Made by a program: the position numbers and the translations under genes. This document shows positions 1 to 11,337 of a stretch of 64,000 bases of DNA, piece after piece. The notes under the pieces were generated by a model, which did no database searches, was not told the origin of the DNA, and saw only the letters and a list, made by a program, of their open reading frames with translations. Position 1 is the stretch's first letter. The number at the start of each line of letters is the position of its first letter. Source of the DNA: Synechococcales cyanobacterium VAR_4_metabat_354 (GTDB taxonomy: Bacteria; Cyanobacteriota; Cyanobacteriia; Cyanobacteriales; Chamaesiphonaceae). The DNA lies in assembly GCA_031414775.1 (NCBI GenBank), contig JANOQI010000031.1, positions 1 to 64,000 on the forward strand. Direction: 5' to 3'.

Positions 1-462
1 GATATCCAGCTTGGCAATCACGTCATCAATCATGTGCATTTGGGACTGCTCCAAATTGGTAGCCCCTTTTTCCCATAATCCCATACTGTACTTGGGATAG
101 ATAAGTTGACCATCGCCAATCATCCGATTCAACATGCCTTGTGGAAGATCATACTGCTTTTTCATCAGCTCTCGCGAGCCTTCCGCCACATGATCAGTTT
201 CGCGAAGAACCCAATCATAGGGAGTAAGAAATGCTGGAAAATGCTTAAAAATGACCGGCATACAAGTATCAAAAAAAGACTTTAAAGCCGAATCAGAAAT
301 TTCCAGTCCATTCATATAGGACTCGGCAAAAGCCATCTGCACCATATTAGCTACCGCTATGAAGCCGCGTGTCGCTTGGTATGCTAAAGGTTTTTTAATA
401 TTAATATCACCAACAATCGGAATATAACGTTGAATATTTTGATTGCTTGATAGAGAAGTCAT
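1..462 (-). CDS. SAM-dependent methyltransferase, cyclopropane-fatty-acyl-phospholipid synthase-like (3' end runs off the window; absent from ORF track)
   Basis: Manual translation from ATG at 462 with GGAG RBS: MTSLSSNQNIQRYIP...KQYDLPQGMLNRMIGDGQLIYPKYSMGLWEKGATNLEQSQMHMIDDVIAKLDI, open to position 1. It resembles the CFA-family HYDL...YS...W...LE.AQ segment. Confidence 0.75.
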   Translation of the reverse strand, partial: MTSLSSNQNIQRYIPIVGDINIKKPLAYQATRGFIAVANMVQMAFAESYMNGLEISDSALKSFFDTCMPVIFKHFPAFLTPYDWVLRETDHVAEGSRELMKKQYDLPQGMLNRMIGDGQLIYPKYSMGLWEKGATNLEQSQMHMIDDVIAKLDI

Positions 463-685
463 AAGCTTGATCTCCAGTTCCTAATTAACAGACAAGAGTG
501 AGCCAAAATTCTTTTATTAAAAAATATATTTTAAACTAAGTGGCGATCATATTTTTTACGGAAAAAGAATATAAACTCCCCTCCATTCTAACAAATTCGC
601 CAAAAAATATAGCCAGATAAATCGCTCGGATTCATCTGACCAGATACCAAATTGAACAGTAAGATTTTTTAGGTAAGCAACAACA

Positions 686-1606
686 TCACTTTAGTAATAG
701 CGGTTGTTCATTATGAATCGCGACGCGCCCGGAGTGAGCGGCTTGGAGTAATTCAGTATCCGCAGGTATTTTGAGATGGGAAGCCAAACCAAGACTTTCT
801 AGCAATCGGATAAAAGAATAAGTGGGATCGACCAGTCGCACCACTCGACCCTGACGAATGGAGAAGCCATGGCGGGCTGACCACGGAAAAACATGGTGTA
901 GATTATGCCAGCCTTCGCCCAAAGTAAGCAGCGCCACAAACCAGTTATTGCGGCTACAATCTTTGGTGGCAAATGGTTGATCGCCAGCCAGATGAGCTAA
1001 GGAATTGACGGTGGCCACCCCATGAAAAAGAATGACGGTACTCAAACAGCAAGCACCCAAGAATTCTAGACCACCAATCTGCCAGGATAATAAGTTCAGC
1101 AAAATCAGCGGCAAAAAGTGTAGTCGATCGATCATCTTCAGTCCCCAGTCGGCTTCGACATCGGCAGGCAAACTGGGAGGCAAAAAGTTCGTCCTAGATA
1201 ATAGCCAGCCCCCCTGCGACCACAAGAAACCCGGTACTCCGGTAAAGGGCGTATGCGGTGAGTGACTATCACCCCGTTGGTCAGAGGAAAGATGGTGCCC
1301 TTCCATATGATGACCTTTCCACCAGTTAGGCCCCATTTGACCCGCAGAACAGGCAATCAAACTACCCACCCATCTCACGATTGCTGTTGCTTGGTAAGAC
1401 TTGTGAATGATTAGCCGATGATAGATAGCCGTAATACCCAGCATTCTGATGAGGTACAAAAAACAGACCCAGAGCACCGCTCTCCAAGACAAGCCAGTTA
1501 AGAATGGAATGATTGCCCCGACATGGCTAGCCATAATTAATAGGGGTCCTAGCCAATAGCTCAGGACTAAAATACGCGGATACTCTTTCATGATGATCGT
1601 TGGCAA
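686..1606 (-). CDS. Membrane fatty-acid/acyl-CoA desaturase (delta-9-like)
   Basis: His boxes HRLIIH, HHMEGHH and GEGWHNLHH, plus VNSLAH and hydrophobic segments. Confidence 0.9.
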   Translation of the reverse strand: MPTIIMKEYPRILVLSYWLGPLLIMASHVGAIIPFLTGLSWRAVLWVCFLYLIRMLGITAIYHRLIIHKSYQATAIVRWVGSLIACSAGQMGPNWWKGHHMEGHHLSSDQRGDSHSPHTPFTGVPGFLWSQGGWLLSRTNFLPPSLPADVEADWGLKMIDRLHFLPLILLNLLSWQIGGLEFLGACCLSTVILFHGVATVNSLAHLAGDQPFATKDCSRNNWFVALLTLGEGWHNLHHVFPWSARHGFSIRQGRVVRLVDPTYSFIRLLESLGLASHLKIPADTELLQAAHSGRVAIHNEQPLLLK

Positions 1607-1686
1607 AAGTGAGGATAGACCGAAAGGATTGCGATCTAGGGGGTTTGAAGCTACCCATCACACAACTGTCAGCTGCTTCCTCAAGT

Positions 1687-2553
1687 TTACGTTAATCCAG
1701 AGTGATGGAGCACAGCTTGCCGCATCACATCCACCGGAGCCTCTTGACCGACCCAGATTTTTAGTGCCGCTGCGCCTTGATAAATCAACATCTCTAAACC
1801 ATCGATCGATATACAACCATGCTCACTAGCTATTTTTAGCAACTCAGTGGGCCTGGGGTTATAGATCAAGTCATAGACGATCGAAGTAACCGGCAATTTA
1901 GTAATTTGATCAGCTGATAAGGGGCTACTAGTCTGCTGCGGAGCCATTCCGATCGGCGTACAGTTAACCACCAAATTGGCTTGGGGCAATAGCTGTGCCA
2001 ACTGCTCCCAGCTACAAACCCGCACAGCCACGGTCAAAGGTAAGTTTTTCCAGCTGGCCTGGAACTGAGTAAGCTTATCCACATCTCTGCCTACCACCCA
2101 AATCTCACCCACCCCCAACTGCTGCAAACCAGCGACGACAGCGCGTGCCGAACCACCACAGCCCAAGACGATCGCCACCGAATTTGGCCAATTCTTTTTT
2201 TGTAGTCGCAGCGGTGTGACAAAGCCAGTGATATCAGTGTTATCACCTGCCCAGCCTGCCGCCGTGCGCCACACCGTATTAACTGCCCCAATAGTCTTAG
2301 CCAGAAGCGAGATCTCGGTAAGATGCGCCATGATCGTTTGCTTGTGCGGGATCGTGACATTAAAACCCTGCCAACCAATCGCCCTCAGACCTGTCACCGC
2401 TGTTCCTAACTGCTGCGGATCGATCGATAGAGGCACATAGGCATAGTCCAAGCCCAGCTGCTCGATCGCCGCATTGTGCATTACTGGCGAGAGTGAATGT
2501 TTAATAGGATAACCAATTACGCCTAGCAGCTGCGTCGCGCCAGTAATTAGCAT
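1687..2553 (-). CDS. aroE: Shikimate dehydrogenase
   Basis: [38 protein letters not shown]. The ATG at 2553 overlaps the bioD stop. Confidence 0.95.
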   Translation of the reverse strand: MLITGATQLLGVIGYPIKHSLSPVMHNAAIEQLGLDYAYVPLSIDPQQLGTAVTGLRAIGWQGFNVTIPHKQTIMAHLTEISLLAKTIGAVNTVWRTAAGWAGDNTDITGFVTPLRLQKKNWPNSVAIVLGCGGSARAVVAGLQQLGVGEIWVVGRDVDKLTQFQASWKNLPLTVAVRVCSWEQLAQLLPQANLVVNCTPIGMAPQQTSSPLSADQITKLPVTSIVYDLIYNPRPTELLKIASEHGCISIDGLEMLIYQGAAALKIWVGQEAPVDVMRQAVLHHSGLT

Positions 2554-3215
2554 AATAAACTCCACTCCAAATCTTGAGCAGCAGTGGCCAAATTTTTAGG
2601 AGACGGCCAATCTGGTAAATAAGGTAAACAACCAATCACTGGCACCCGGGTTAGGCTCATAATTAAATCCGCCGGTGTCAGATTTTCAATTTCAGCTGCG
2701 GTAGTGGGCTGCTGGCAATTGAGGATAATGCCTTTTAAATTAACATTCGCTTGTTTGGCCAGTGCCACATTGGCTACGGCCTGTCCGATCGAACCCAACT
2801 TCACTGGTACCACCAACACCGTGGGTAAACGCCATTCCCGCGCTACATCAGCCACGGTTAATTCTCTAGTCAGAGGTGAACCCAAGCCACCCAAAGCCTC
2901 AACCAATACTAGATCACAACGCTGCTGGAGGTTTTGGAGGTGCCGCCAGACTGCACTTAAATCAATCGGTTTACCAGCAGCAGCAATCGGTGGAGCCAGA
3001 GGCGCATCAAAATATATCGGGTTTAGCTCCGCTGGCGATTGGGGCAACGATAGCAGCTGGGAATAAATTTCTTTATCCCCCACCCCGCATTGAATTGGCT
3101 TCATCAGCCCCAGCTTTTTTTGGGGATAGTAAGTTTGATAATAGGCAGCTAAGGCAACAGTACAAACTGTTTTGCCGACTTCAGTGTCAGTACTAGAAAT
3201 TAATAGCGATGGCAT
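2547..3215 (-). CDS. bioD: Dethiobiotin synthase
   Basis: [24 protein letters not shown]. Start reassigned to MPSLLIS at 3215. Confidence 0.92.
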   Translation of the reverse strand: MPSLLISSTDTEVGKTVCTVALAAYYQTYYPQKKLGLMKPIQCGVGDKEIYSQLLSLPQSPAELNPIYFDAPLAPPIAAAGKPIDLSAVWRHLQNLQQRCDLVLVEALGGLGSPLTRELTVADVAREWRLPTVLVVPVKLGSIGQAVANVALAKQANVNLKGIILNCQQPTTAAEIENLTPADLIMSLTRVPVIGCLPYLPDWPSPKNLATAAQDLEWSLLC

Positions 3216-3231
3216 CAGAAACGGGGGGTAC

Positions 3232-5049
3232 TTACCGAGGTGAAGAAGAAGGCGAACTATTATCAAGTTTGCCATCAGATGCTGATGGTTGAATCGGTTC
3301 GCCACTGGTGGGGGTCATTAGCGGGGTCGTGGGCAAGACTGGCTCGTTAAAGGGCTGATTCTCGATCGATCGATTATCTGGAGGAGGAATATCAGCTGAC
3401 GGAATGGCAATCGGCGATGGGGGCAATTCATTACCGGGCAAGTTATTAGTAGGAATAGCAGCAGGTAACGGCTGATCGATAATTGGTGTGGAAGGAGTAA
3501 TGACTGGAGTGGGAGTAATGATAGATGGGGAAATCAAGCTCGGGGTGGGACTGACAACGGGCATCGCCAAAGACACACTCAATCGATATTCAAATGGATC
3601 CCCCGTCGCCCCGGGCAAGGGCTTTACTTGAATGACATGCTTGCCAGTGGTGGTGACTTTACCCTGCCAACTAGGTATTCGAATGGCCTGAGAATCAACC
3701 GCCGAGCCACCTGGGCCTAAAACTGTCAGCAATAGATTCTTGTTATCGATCGAGATCGTAATATCTTGACCCTGAGTACCATAGAACTCGTAATCAATCT
3801 CTTGATTAACAGCAATTTGATCAGTTTGAATAGTTGTTTGACCAGCAGTAATTGTAATGGGATTGGGTGACTTTACTCCCTTCGTACTGGTCGGGGAACT
3901 AGAGCCAACCATCGACTCATTTCCCAACGTCGAACTAGCAGTAGTTTGAGCAATCGGTTCTTTACCGCGATTGTTCAAATAATTCATCCCCAATAGTCCG
4001 GCTGAGAAGGATACAAACGCCACCACAATCGCCAAAGGAATATAGACGCGCGGCTCTTCCCACACAGATTTGACATCAAACTGTGACAAAACCGAATAAA
4101 CTTTTTTGGCTACTGTCTGCGCCCGATTTTGCTGATGACCAATCTCGGTGGGCATCACCACTCCTTGCAAATCAGCAATAGATGTTGGCTGAGATGGTAC
4201 CACCCGATCCATCGGAATGCTCAAAGATTGCAGCGCTTGGAATACTTCCACTGACGACTGATATCGATCGACAGGCTGGTAACTAAGCATTTTCCCCAAC
4301 ACCTCCGCCAAACCATCGCTGATATTCACCCAATTGCGCCAAGACCAATTGACCCGGCCATCGGGGAGCAATTCCTGGGCTGGCCGACCAGTGAGCAGCA
4401 CCAGAGCTGTTACCGCCAAAGAATAGAGATCGCTACTAGGAAAAGCCTGACCGCCACTCAATTGCTCTACCGGTGCATAGCCAGTTTTACCAACCTTCGC
4501 CACTAAACCAGTCCGGTCATCTTGTAAACGGCTCGCAAACTGTTTGACTACACCAAAATCGATCAAAACCGGTAGCAAGTCAGTTTCCCGTAAAATAATA
4601 TTGTCGGGAGAAATATCTTGATGGATCACACCTTGGCCATGCAGATAACCCAGCACCGGCAACACTTGCAGCAGAAATCGCCATACTTCTGCTTCCGTGA
4701 AGGTTTGTTTTTGTGCTAAGCGCTCGTTCAGTAAAGTCTCGTAGGTATGGCCTGGGATAAAGTCTTGGACTAAGAAAAGTCGATCGCGCTCTTCAAAAGT
4801 TGCCCAAAAGCGGGGGATTTGGAGATGCTGTAATTGGTATAGTAAAGCAGCTTCTTGCTTAAAGAATTCTTGAGCTTTGTGCAGATGGGCTGGTGACGGG
4901 GATGCTAAAGATAGCTCCTTAATCGCACATTGTTCGCTAAACCGGCTTTGATCGGTGGCCAAGTAAGTTCGACCAAAGCCACCCTCGCCGATCAACTTGA
5001 TCAGCCGATAGCGCTGTTGCAGAATAGTATCTGTAGCAATGGGTTGCAT
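3232..5049 (-). CDS. Hanks-type Ser/Thr protein kinase with TM helix, extracellular beta domain and Pro-rich tail
   Basis: [31 protein letters not shown], central hydrophobic helix. Confidence 0.92.
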   Translation of the reverse strand: MQPIATDTILQQRYRLIKLIGEGGFGRTYLATDQSRFSEQCAIKELSLASPSPAHLHKAQEFFKQEAALLYQLQHLQIPRFWATFEERDRLFLVQDFIPGHTYETLLNERLAQKQTFTEAEVWRFLLQVLPVLGYLHGQGVIHQDISPDNIILRETDLLPVLIDFGVVKQFASRLQDDRTGLVAKVGKTGYAPVEQLSGGQAFPSSDLYSLAVTALVLLTGRPAQELLPDGRVNWSWRNWVNISDGLAEVLGKMLSYQPVDRYQSSVEVFQALQSLSIPMDRVVPSQPTSIADLQGVVMPTEIGHQQNRAQTVAKKVYSVLSQFDVKSVWEEPRVYIPLAIVVAFVSFSAGLLGMNYLNNRGKEPIAQTTASSTLGNESMVGSSSPTSTKGVKSPNPITITAGQTTIQTDQIAVNQEIDYEFYGTQGQDITISIDNKNLLLTVLGPGGSAVDSQAIRIPSWQGKVTTTGKHVIQVKPLPGATGDPFEYRLSVSLAMPVVSPTPSLISPSIITPTPVITPSTPIIDQPLPAAIPTNNLPGNELPPSPIAIPSADIPPPDNRSIENQPFNEPVLPTTPLMTPTSGEPIQPSASDGKLDNSSPSSSPR

Positions 5050-5184
5050 AAACTTTAATTAGTCGCCAAAAGCATCCCCATTATAATTGGTTTTGCCAGG
5101 TGCACAGACTGAAAGGTGATTGAGTAATCTGCGCTCTTTCATGTCTAATCGGTATTCTAGACGTTCAATTTTGGATTTTGTGTC

Positions 5185-7077
5185 ATGGCTATTTTCACCC
5201 TGCAATCAGTACAAAAAGATTTTGGTATTAAAGAAATTCTCAAGGATGCCAGCTTTAGCCTAGATGCTGGCGAGAAGGTGGGTCTCATAGGTCTCAATGG
5301 TTCTGGTAAATCGACATTGCTAAAAATGATTGCTGGATTGGAGCCGATCGATGGTGGCCAGATTCAGACCAATCCCAGTGCCAAAATTATTTATCTGCCC
5401 CAGCAACCAGAAGTTGATGAAGAAAAAACCCTACTGGAGCAAGTGTTTGCCGATAGTGGTGCTGCCGCCCAACTGGTTCAAGAATATGAAGCGGTTTCGG
5501 ATCAATTGGTACACCATCCTGAAGATCCAGCCGTGTTGGCCAATCTCACCCGCATCAGTCATGAAATGGATACAGTGGGAGCCTGGGATCTAGAAGCTAA
5601 AGCGAAGGTGATTTTGACCCAACTGGGGATCACTGATTTCACCACCAAAATGGGGCAGCTCTCTGGCGGCTATCGGAAACGGGTGGCCTTGGCCGCCGCC
5701 TTAGTGGCCGAACCAGATGCCCTGCTGATGGACGAACCTACTAACCACCTCGATGCCCTCTCGGTAGAATGGCTACAAGGCTATCTGCAACGCTATCGGG
5801 GTGCTGTTTTGCTCATTACTCACGATCGGTATTTTCTCGATCGAGTCACTCAGCGCATTATTGAAGTCGATCGAGCTAACTTGTACACCTACAGCGGCAA
5901 CTATAGCTATTATCTAGAAAAGAAAGCCGAGATGGAAATCTCCGCCGCCAGCACCCAACAAAAACAGGCCGGAATTTTACGCAAGGAGCTAGCTTGGCTG
6001 CGGCGCGGTGCTAAAGCCCGTAGCACTAAGCAAAAAGCCCGGATCGGTCGAGTCGAAGAAATGCGCGACCGGGAGGCTGTCGAAGACAATGGCAAGGTCG
6101 AAGTATCAGCTGCTAGTCGGCGCTTGGGCAAAAAAGTGGTGGAACTAGCCAATATCAACAAAGCCTATGGCGATCGATCGATCATTAAAGACTTTACCTA
6201 CGAATTTATCCCAGGTGATCGCGTCGGGATCATTGGCGGCAACGGCATGGGTAAATCGACTTTACTAAACATCATCACTAATCGCCTAGAGCCAGATAGT
6301 GGCGTAGTCGATATCGGCACCACCGTCCACATTGGCTACTTCGATCAATATTCCACTGACCTGATGACTGCTGCTGACGAACAACTGCGCGCGATCGACT
6401 ACCTCAAGCAAGTTGGGGAATACATCAAAACGGCGGATGGCACCCAAATCACCGCCAGTCAGATGTTAGAGAAGTTTCTGTTCACCGGCAACCAGCAGTA
6501 TGCCCCTATCCACATGCTATCCGGGGGTGAAAAGCGGCGGCTATATCTGCTGCGGGTATTAGTCGGGGCACCCAATTTGCTGATCTTAGACGAACCCACC
6601 AACGATCTCGATATCCAAACCCTGAGCATTTTAGAAGACTATCTCACCGAATTCCCTGGTTGTGTACTGGTGGTTTCTCACGATCGCTACTTCCTCGATC
6701 GCACAGTCGAAAAAATCTTAGCCTTAGAAGGAAATGGTGAAATCAAAGAATATCCTGGCAACTACTCGGTCTATCTAGACTATCAAAAACAAGCAGAATC
6801 AGTCGCCAAAGCTGCTAAAAGTACTCCTAATAATCCACCTAAAGCTCAGCCGTTGCCCACCAAGAAAAAATCTCTATCGGCTTGGGAAAAAAGAGATTTA
6901 GGAACTCTAGAAACCAAAATTACCAAATTTGAAGTTGATAAAGCCAACTTAGAAGCATTGATGGCCGCAGCCAGTTATGGGGATTTGCCACCGCTGACCC
7001 AGCAGCTGAAAGATCTAGAGAAGGCGATTGAAACAACTACCACTAAGTGGATGGCACTAGCCGAGCGCGACAGTTGA
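5185..7077 (+). CDS. ABC-F family ATPase (Uup/EttA-like)
   Basis: Two ABC cassettes (GLNGSGKS/LSGG/DEPTNHLD and GGNGMGKS/LSGGE/DEPTNDLD), no TM segments, C-terminal coiled coil. Confidence 0.92.
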   Translation: MAIFTLQSVQKDFGIKEILKDASFSLDAGEKVGLIGLNGSGKSTLLKMIAGLEPIDGGQIQTNPSAKIIYLPQQPEVDEEKTLLEQVFADSGAAAQLVQEYEAVSDQLVHHPEDPAVLANLTRISHEMDTVGAWDLEAKAKVILTQLGITDFTTKMGQLSGGYRKRVALAAALVAEPDALLMDEPTNHLDALSVEWLQGYLQRYRGAVLLITHDRYFLDRVTQRIIEVDRANLYTYSGNYSYYLEKKAEMEISAASTQQKQAGILRKELAWLRRGAKARSTKQKARIGRVEEMRDREAVEDNGKVEVSAASRRLGKKVVELANINKAYGDRSIIKDFTYEFIPGDRVGIIGGNGMGKSTLLNIITNRLEPDSGVVDIGTTVHIGYFDQYSTDLMTAADEQLRAIDYLKQVGEYIKTADGTQITASQMLEKFLFTGNQQYAPIHMLSGGEKRRLYLLRVLVGAPNLLILDEPTNDLDIQTLSILEDYLTEFPGCVLVVSHDRYFLDRTVEKILALEGNGEIKEYPGNYSVYLDYQKQAESVAKAAKSTPNNPPKAQPLPTKKKSLSAWEKRDLGTLETKITKFEVDKANLEALMAAASYGDLPPLTQQLKDLEKAIETTTTKWMALAERDS

Positions 7078-7152
7078 ATTCCCATGAATTTCCAACAACC
7101 TAAATCTCAAATAGCCATTCCGATTTCCCAATATTGAGAGTCAGGATGGAAT

Positions 7153-7608
7153 CTAAACAGTGTAATTGACCCCTTCTCCTTGAGCAGCTTGCCAACTGCG
7201 GGCATCATAATACAAATCGGCTAGTGAAATACTGTCTAAAGCATTTTGCATTTTGGCATGTAGTCGTCGCCACAAAGACAAAGTTACCCAATCAGCGGCT
7301 TGATCAATATTAGACTCCAAATTCAGCAGTGGAATTGCTCCATAGTTAATTGATTCTCCCACTGCAGCTAAGATTTGTCCGACAAAAATCTGGGCTGGTT
7401 TTCGAGCTAGTTGATAACCACCTTGCGATCCACGCACTGAATTAACTAAACCAGCTTGTCGCAGCTCAATTAGTAGCTTTTCTAGATAGGGAGCTGGCAA
7501 GGCTTGCCGTTGGGCAATTGCTTTTACAGATGATGGTCCATAGCTTGGTTGCAAGCTCAAATCCAACAAAGCTTTCACACTATAATGGCCGCGTGTTGTT
7601 AATTTCAA
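7153..7608 (-). CDS. Rrf2 family transcriptional regulator (TTG start)
   Basis: KLTTRGHYSVKALLDL, YLEKLL, SVRGSQGGY. Confidence 0.9.
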   Translation of the reverse strand: MKLTTRGHYSVKALLDLSLQPSYGPSSVKAIAQRQALPAPYLEKLLIELRQAGLVNSVRGSQGGYQLARKPAQIFVGQILAAVGESINYGAIPLLNLESNIDQAADWVTLSLWRRLHAKMQNALDSISLADLYYDARSWQAAQGEGVNYTV

Positions 7609-7839
7609 ATCAATCCTACTAGTTGATATCAGATCATATTTTATCTAGATTTTATCTAAGATTTCACTATCAGGAGAAGAGAATATTTTAATTAGATACC
7701 GTTAACATTTTGGGATTTTAGGGTGTACTATAAGATAGCTAACTAGCCGTCAATTAGCTTAACTGCTATCAATTAAGTCTGGATTGATGGAATTATCTTG
7801 CTAGCTATGTTTTTCCTCATAGTTTGAAGTTTGTGTTAA

Positions 7840-8241
7840 ATGAGTAAAAAGAAAGTTGTTGCCGCGCCGATCGAACCTTTAGTCGGTGACGCGTTGCTCC
7901 AGAAAGTCAAAGATCTGGGCAATATTAGTAAAGAAGAGAAAGCCCGCACATGTGGCTACTTTACCAAGACAAAGAATAATGTTGAACGTGTCAACTTGAT
8001 GAAGTTTTACAATGCGTTAATTGACGCAGAGGGAATTGAGCTGGATGGCAAGCCGGGTTCTTCAGTAGGACGTGGCGGGCGAATGGCCAGCTACAAAATC
8101 ACCGTCCAATCCAATGGCAATATGCTGATTGGAGCTGCTTATACGAAAAGAATGGATCTCAAAGAAGGTGATACCTTCAAGATCTCGATCGGTCGTAAAC
8201 ATATCCGCTTAGTACAGATGGATCGTGATGAAGAAGGCTAA
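7840..8241 (+). CDS. Cyanobacterial AbrB-like regulator (cyAbrB)
   Basis: KEEKARTCGY, FYNALIDAEGI, SYKITVQSNGNMLIGAAYT. Confidence 0.9.
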   Translation: MSKKKVVAAPIEPLVGDALLQKVKDLGNISKEEKARTCGYFTKTKNNVERVNLMKFYNALIDAEGIELDGKPGSSVGRGGRMASYKITVQSNGNMLIGAAYTKRMDLKEGDTFKISIGRKHIRLVQMDRDEEG

Positions 8242-8283
8242 TTAGTTTGAAGCTACAGCTTTGTTCCAAATATTGTTAAAGAT

Positions 8284-8312
8284 AAATCACTACCTAACGG
8301 TAGTGATTTTTT
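8284..8312. terminator. Intrinsic terminator between convergent cyAbrB and pyrF
   Basis: AAATCACTACC-taac-GGTAGTGATTT followed by a T run. Confidence 0.8.
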
Positions 8313-8315
8313 ATT

Positions 8316-9020
8316 TTAAGCAGCAGTCAGTTCTTCACAAATTTTTTCCCAAGCGGCAACTGGATCAACAGCAGCTGTAATCGGTCGGCCAATCACTAAA
8401 TAGTCGGCTCCGGCTTTGATGGCCTCCACTGGACTCATCGTTCGCTGTTGATCAGCAGTCACCGACCATTCTGGCCGAATACCGGGACATACTAAGATAA
8501 AGTCTTGACCGCAGACCTGCCGCAAAGCACCTACTTCTTGCGGCGAGCAAACTGCTCCTTGACAGCCACATTCTTTGGCCATGATAGCCATATTGAGTGC
8601 ATACTCAGATGTCTCCAGAGGAATATGTAAATCAAAAGCCAATTCACGAGTATTAAAACTGGTAAGCAAGGTAATAGCAATCAGTGCTGGTCGCCGCTCT
8701 CCAAACTTGGCCATCGCTTCAACGGCTGCTTGCAAAGCTGGCCGACCAGCAGCCCCATGAATAGTGAGCAAGTCTACATTGTATTGGGCAGCCGATTTAC
8801 AAGCTCCTACAACGGTGTTGGGAATATCATGGAATTTTAGATCCAGAAAAATCTTTTTCTTTCTTTCTTGGAGAATCCGAATTATTTCTTGGCCTGAACC
8901 AACAAACAACTCCAAACCGACCTTCCAAAATCCCACTTGGGGCAATTTATCTAGTAGTTCGATCGCTTGGGCAATATTCGGGACATCTAAGGGCACAATA
9001 ATACGATCAGTTACTAACAT
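8316..9020 (-). CDS. pyrF: Orotidine-5'-phosphate decarboxylase
   Basis: [21 protein letters not shown]. Confidence 0.96.
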   Translation of the reverse strand: MLVTDRIIVPLDVPNIAQAIELLDKLPQVGFWKVGLELFVGSGQEIIRILQERKKKIFLDLKFHDIPNTVVGACKSAAQYNVDLLTIHGAAGRPALQAAVEAMAKFGERRPALIAITLLTSFNTRELAFDLHIPLETSEYALNMAIMAKECGCQGAVCSPQEVGALRQVCGQDFILVCPGIRPEWSVTADQQRTMSPVEAIKAGADYLVIGRPITAAVDPVAAWEKICEELTAA

Positions 9021-9028
9021 AAATTGGC

Positions 9029-9547
9029 CTATTCCTGTGCTCTCAGATATTCTGTGTTTACTCCAGATTCTCTGGTCATCGCAATCTTGCCAGTACGAGA
9101 AATTTCCCGCAGCCCAAATTTTTGCAATACTTGGATGATCGCCACAATTTTACCAGGATCACCCACTACTTCTAGGGTTAGAGAATCTTCCGCCACATCA
9201 ACAGTACGTGCGCGAAAAATTTGGGCAATTCCCAAAACTTCTGAGCGATTACCACTGTTCGCATTCACCTTGAGCAGCATTAACTCTCTTTCTACGCAAG
9301 GTGTACTAGTAATATCCTGCACTTTCAAGACATTAATTAGGCGATACAGTTGCTTGATGAGCTGCTCCACAATGTGCTCGTCACCATTGACTACCATGGT
9401 GATGCGAGAAAGGCGCTCTTGCTCGCTGGGTCCAACTGCTAAGCTTTCAATATTAAAACCACGACGGGCGAATAGACCAGCAATGCGGGTTAATACACCG
9501 GCTTCGTCTTGTACTAAGACTGATAGGGTGTGCTTCATGTAACTCAA
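9029..9547 (-). CDS. ilvN: Acetolactate synthase small subunit
   Basis: [46 protein letters not shown]. Confidence 0.95.
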   Translation of the reverse strand: MSYMKHTLSVLVQDEAGVLTRIAGLFARRGFNIESLAVGPSEQERLSRITMVVNGDEHIVEQLIKQLYRLINVLKVQDITSTPCVERELMLLKVNANSGNRSEVLGIAQIFRARTVDVAEDSLTLEVVGDPGKIVAIIQVLQKFGLREISRTGKIAMTRESGVNTEYLRAQE

Positions 9548-9708
9548 TAATATCTGAAAAGCCTCACTATCATAGCAAGTCCGATGTAATTCTTGGTGCT
9601 CTTGGTCGAGCTGATTTTGTAATTTTGTAATCTATACACTTGCAAAGTGGATCAACATCATCATAATTTGGGATATGTCTACATTATTTCGATGGAGTAT
9701 TAAATACT

Positions 9709-10059
9709 ATGGGTTGGATTAAGAAAATGTTTGGCATGGAAAAGCCAGAGGGTGCTGATGTTCAAGCACAAGCTGCTCCAGACGCTGTTGATCCAGAAAC
9801 TGGTGGCGCTGTTGCCCCAGAAAGAGTTGGTCTCAATGGTGAGTATGACCAAAGCGGCCTAGCTAAAAGAGTTGCTTTGGCTTTTGACGAAGATTCAGCT
9901 TTGGCTGATATTGAAACCGTTTGGGTAGCGCAAACTGGCGGTTCGATAGTATTGAAGGGTACGGCTCCTAGCCAAGAAGCTCTAGACCAAATGGTAGCTG
10001 TAGCCAGCGGTGTTTCCGGTGCGACTGATGTCAACACCGATCAAGTAACAGTGGGTTAA
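9709..10059 (+). CDS. BON domain protein
   Basis: GEYDQSGLAKRVALAFD, IVLKG, VSGATDV, with GGAG RBS. Confidence 0.8.
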   Translation: MGWIKKMFGMEKPEGADVQAQAAPDAVDPETGGAVAPERVGLNGEYDQSGLAKRVALAFDEDSALADIETVWVAQTGGSIVLKGTAPSQEALDQMVAVASGVSGATDVNTDQVTVG

Positions 10060-10074
10060 TAACTTACTGTTCAG

Positions 10075-10107
10075 AGCACTTGCCTAATGGGAGGCAGGTG
10101 CTTTTTT
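10075..10107 (+). terminator. Intrinsic terminator
   Basis: AGCACTTGCCT...AGGCAGGTGCT followed by a T run. Confidence 0.75.
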
Positions 10108-10129
10108 ATTGATTTTACTGGTCAGTTAA

Positions 10130-11059
10130 CTAACTTTGTAAAATGGTACCAACAGCGGTGGTTTGCGGCTGATTCAGCCAGTTAATTAACAATTGATTTA
10201 CTTCTGCGGGCAATTCATCATGGGCACAGTGGCCAGCCGTTGGCAGTTCTACAAACTGGAGTCGGGGATTGAGCCGCGTCAAACTTTCGATGTTGCTGCG
10301 AGGAATAATCCGATCGAGATGTCCCCAAATTAGGAGCATCGGTAATTTCATTCTGGGAAAAAAGCGCCGCACATTAGGAGCAAAGTAGCTGCTAATTATA
10401 CCGCGCAAAATAGCCACAAAAGCATCAGCGGCTTCTGGTTCTTTTGCTGGAGTCATAAAAATATCTAGCAGTTCTCGATCGATCGCCCTGTCATTGGCAT
10501 AGGCAAATCGTGCCCAGCGTTTGACCCACTGGGGCTGACGAACTACATAAAAAATACGCTTGAGAATCCAGGGTCTGACCAAGAGGAGCTTGAAGTTATT
10601 GACAGTGGGTAAGAGCCAAGCAGGAATTTTATCTTGCTCGACAGAGGGGTCGAATAAACTGACCATCACCAGTGATTTAACCATCTCCGGATAAGTAGCG
10701 GCAGCCACCAAGGCCACTAAAGATCCGATCGAATTACCGACAATGACGATCGGCACCCGAATAAAAGTACACCAAAAATCGTGGAGCTGCTCTACCCACA
10801 AATTGATTTTGTATTTAGTCTGGGGCTTGCGCGAAGCACCAAAGCCTACCAAGTCCAGCGCATACACTGCATGATGAGCAGCGATCGGACTCCAATTATG
10901 CCGCCAGTGGCCAATACTGCCACCAAACCCATGCAAAAACATAACCGGAGGTTGCTGCGGATTAAAATTAGCCGGACGACTATAGGTATAGCGGGTTTGC
11001 CAGCCCCGCCACACCCAATCCCGCTGATTGCCAATTTGTTGCCAAGATTGTTTCATCAT
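10130..11059 (-). CDS. Alpha/beta fold hydrolase
   Basis: HGFGGSIGHW, GNSIG nucleophile elbow, GHCAHDE. Confidence 0.9.
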   Translation of the reverse strand: MMKQSWQQIGNQRDWVWRGWQTRYTYSRPANFNPQQPPVMFLHGFGGSIGHWRHNWSPIAAHHAVYALDLVGFGASRKPQTKYKINLWVEQLHDFWCTFIRVPIVIVGNSIGSLVALVAAATYPEMVKSLVMVSLFDPSVEQDKIPAWLLPTVNNFKLLLVRPWILKRIFYVVRQPQWVKRWARFAYANDRAIDRELLDIFMTPAKEPEAADAFVAILRGIISSYFAPNVRRFFPRMKLPMLLIWGHLDRIIPRSNIESLTRLNPRLQFVELPTAGHCAHDELPAEVNQLLINWLNQPQTTAVGTILQS

Positions 11060-11337
11060 GCCTGTTTGATGGGCTACTAGCCTTAATCTTAATCGGAAGT
11101 TGAATAAACGTTAAAGTTTCAACAAAATATCGAAAAAGTTGGGTATCATAAAATTACCCACTTTTGATCGATCGCCAGTATTTGTAGCACAAGTATCCAC
11201 AGTAAAGGATAAGCCTTGGCTAAAATGTGGAAGAGTTCATACCTCTGGGATGTGCTGCTCTAAGTAATTAGATGACTAGGTACACTTAACTATCCACTTC
11301 ACCCCCCTTAACTCCCATAGCTATAAAATCACCCGTA

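Noticed and set aside
7638..7660. Tandem ATTTTATCTA repeat between rrf2 and cyAbrB
   Set aside because: Two short AT-rich copies; not enough to call an operator.
9024..9542. 172-aa + strand ORF
   Set aside because: Antisense shadow of ilvN. The same applies to most short overlapping ORFs in the track.
9615..9631. TTTTGTAA direct repeat resembling RpaB HLR1
   Set aside because: The period is 8 bp rather than the 10 bp of HLR1.
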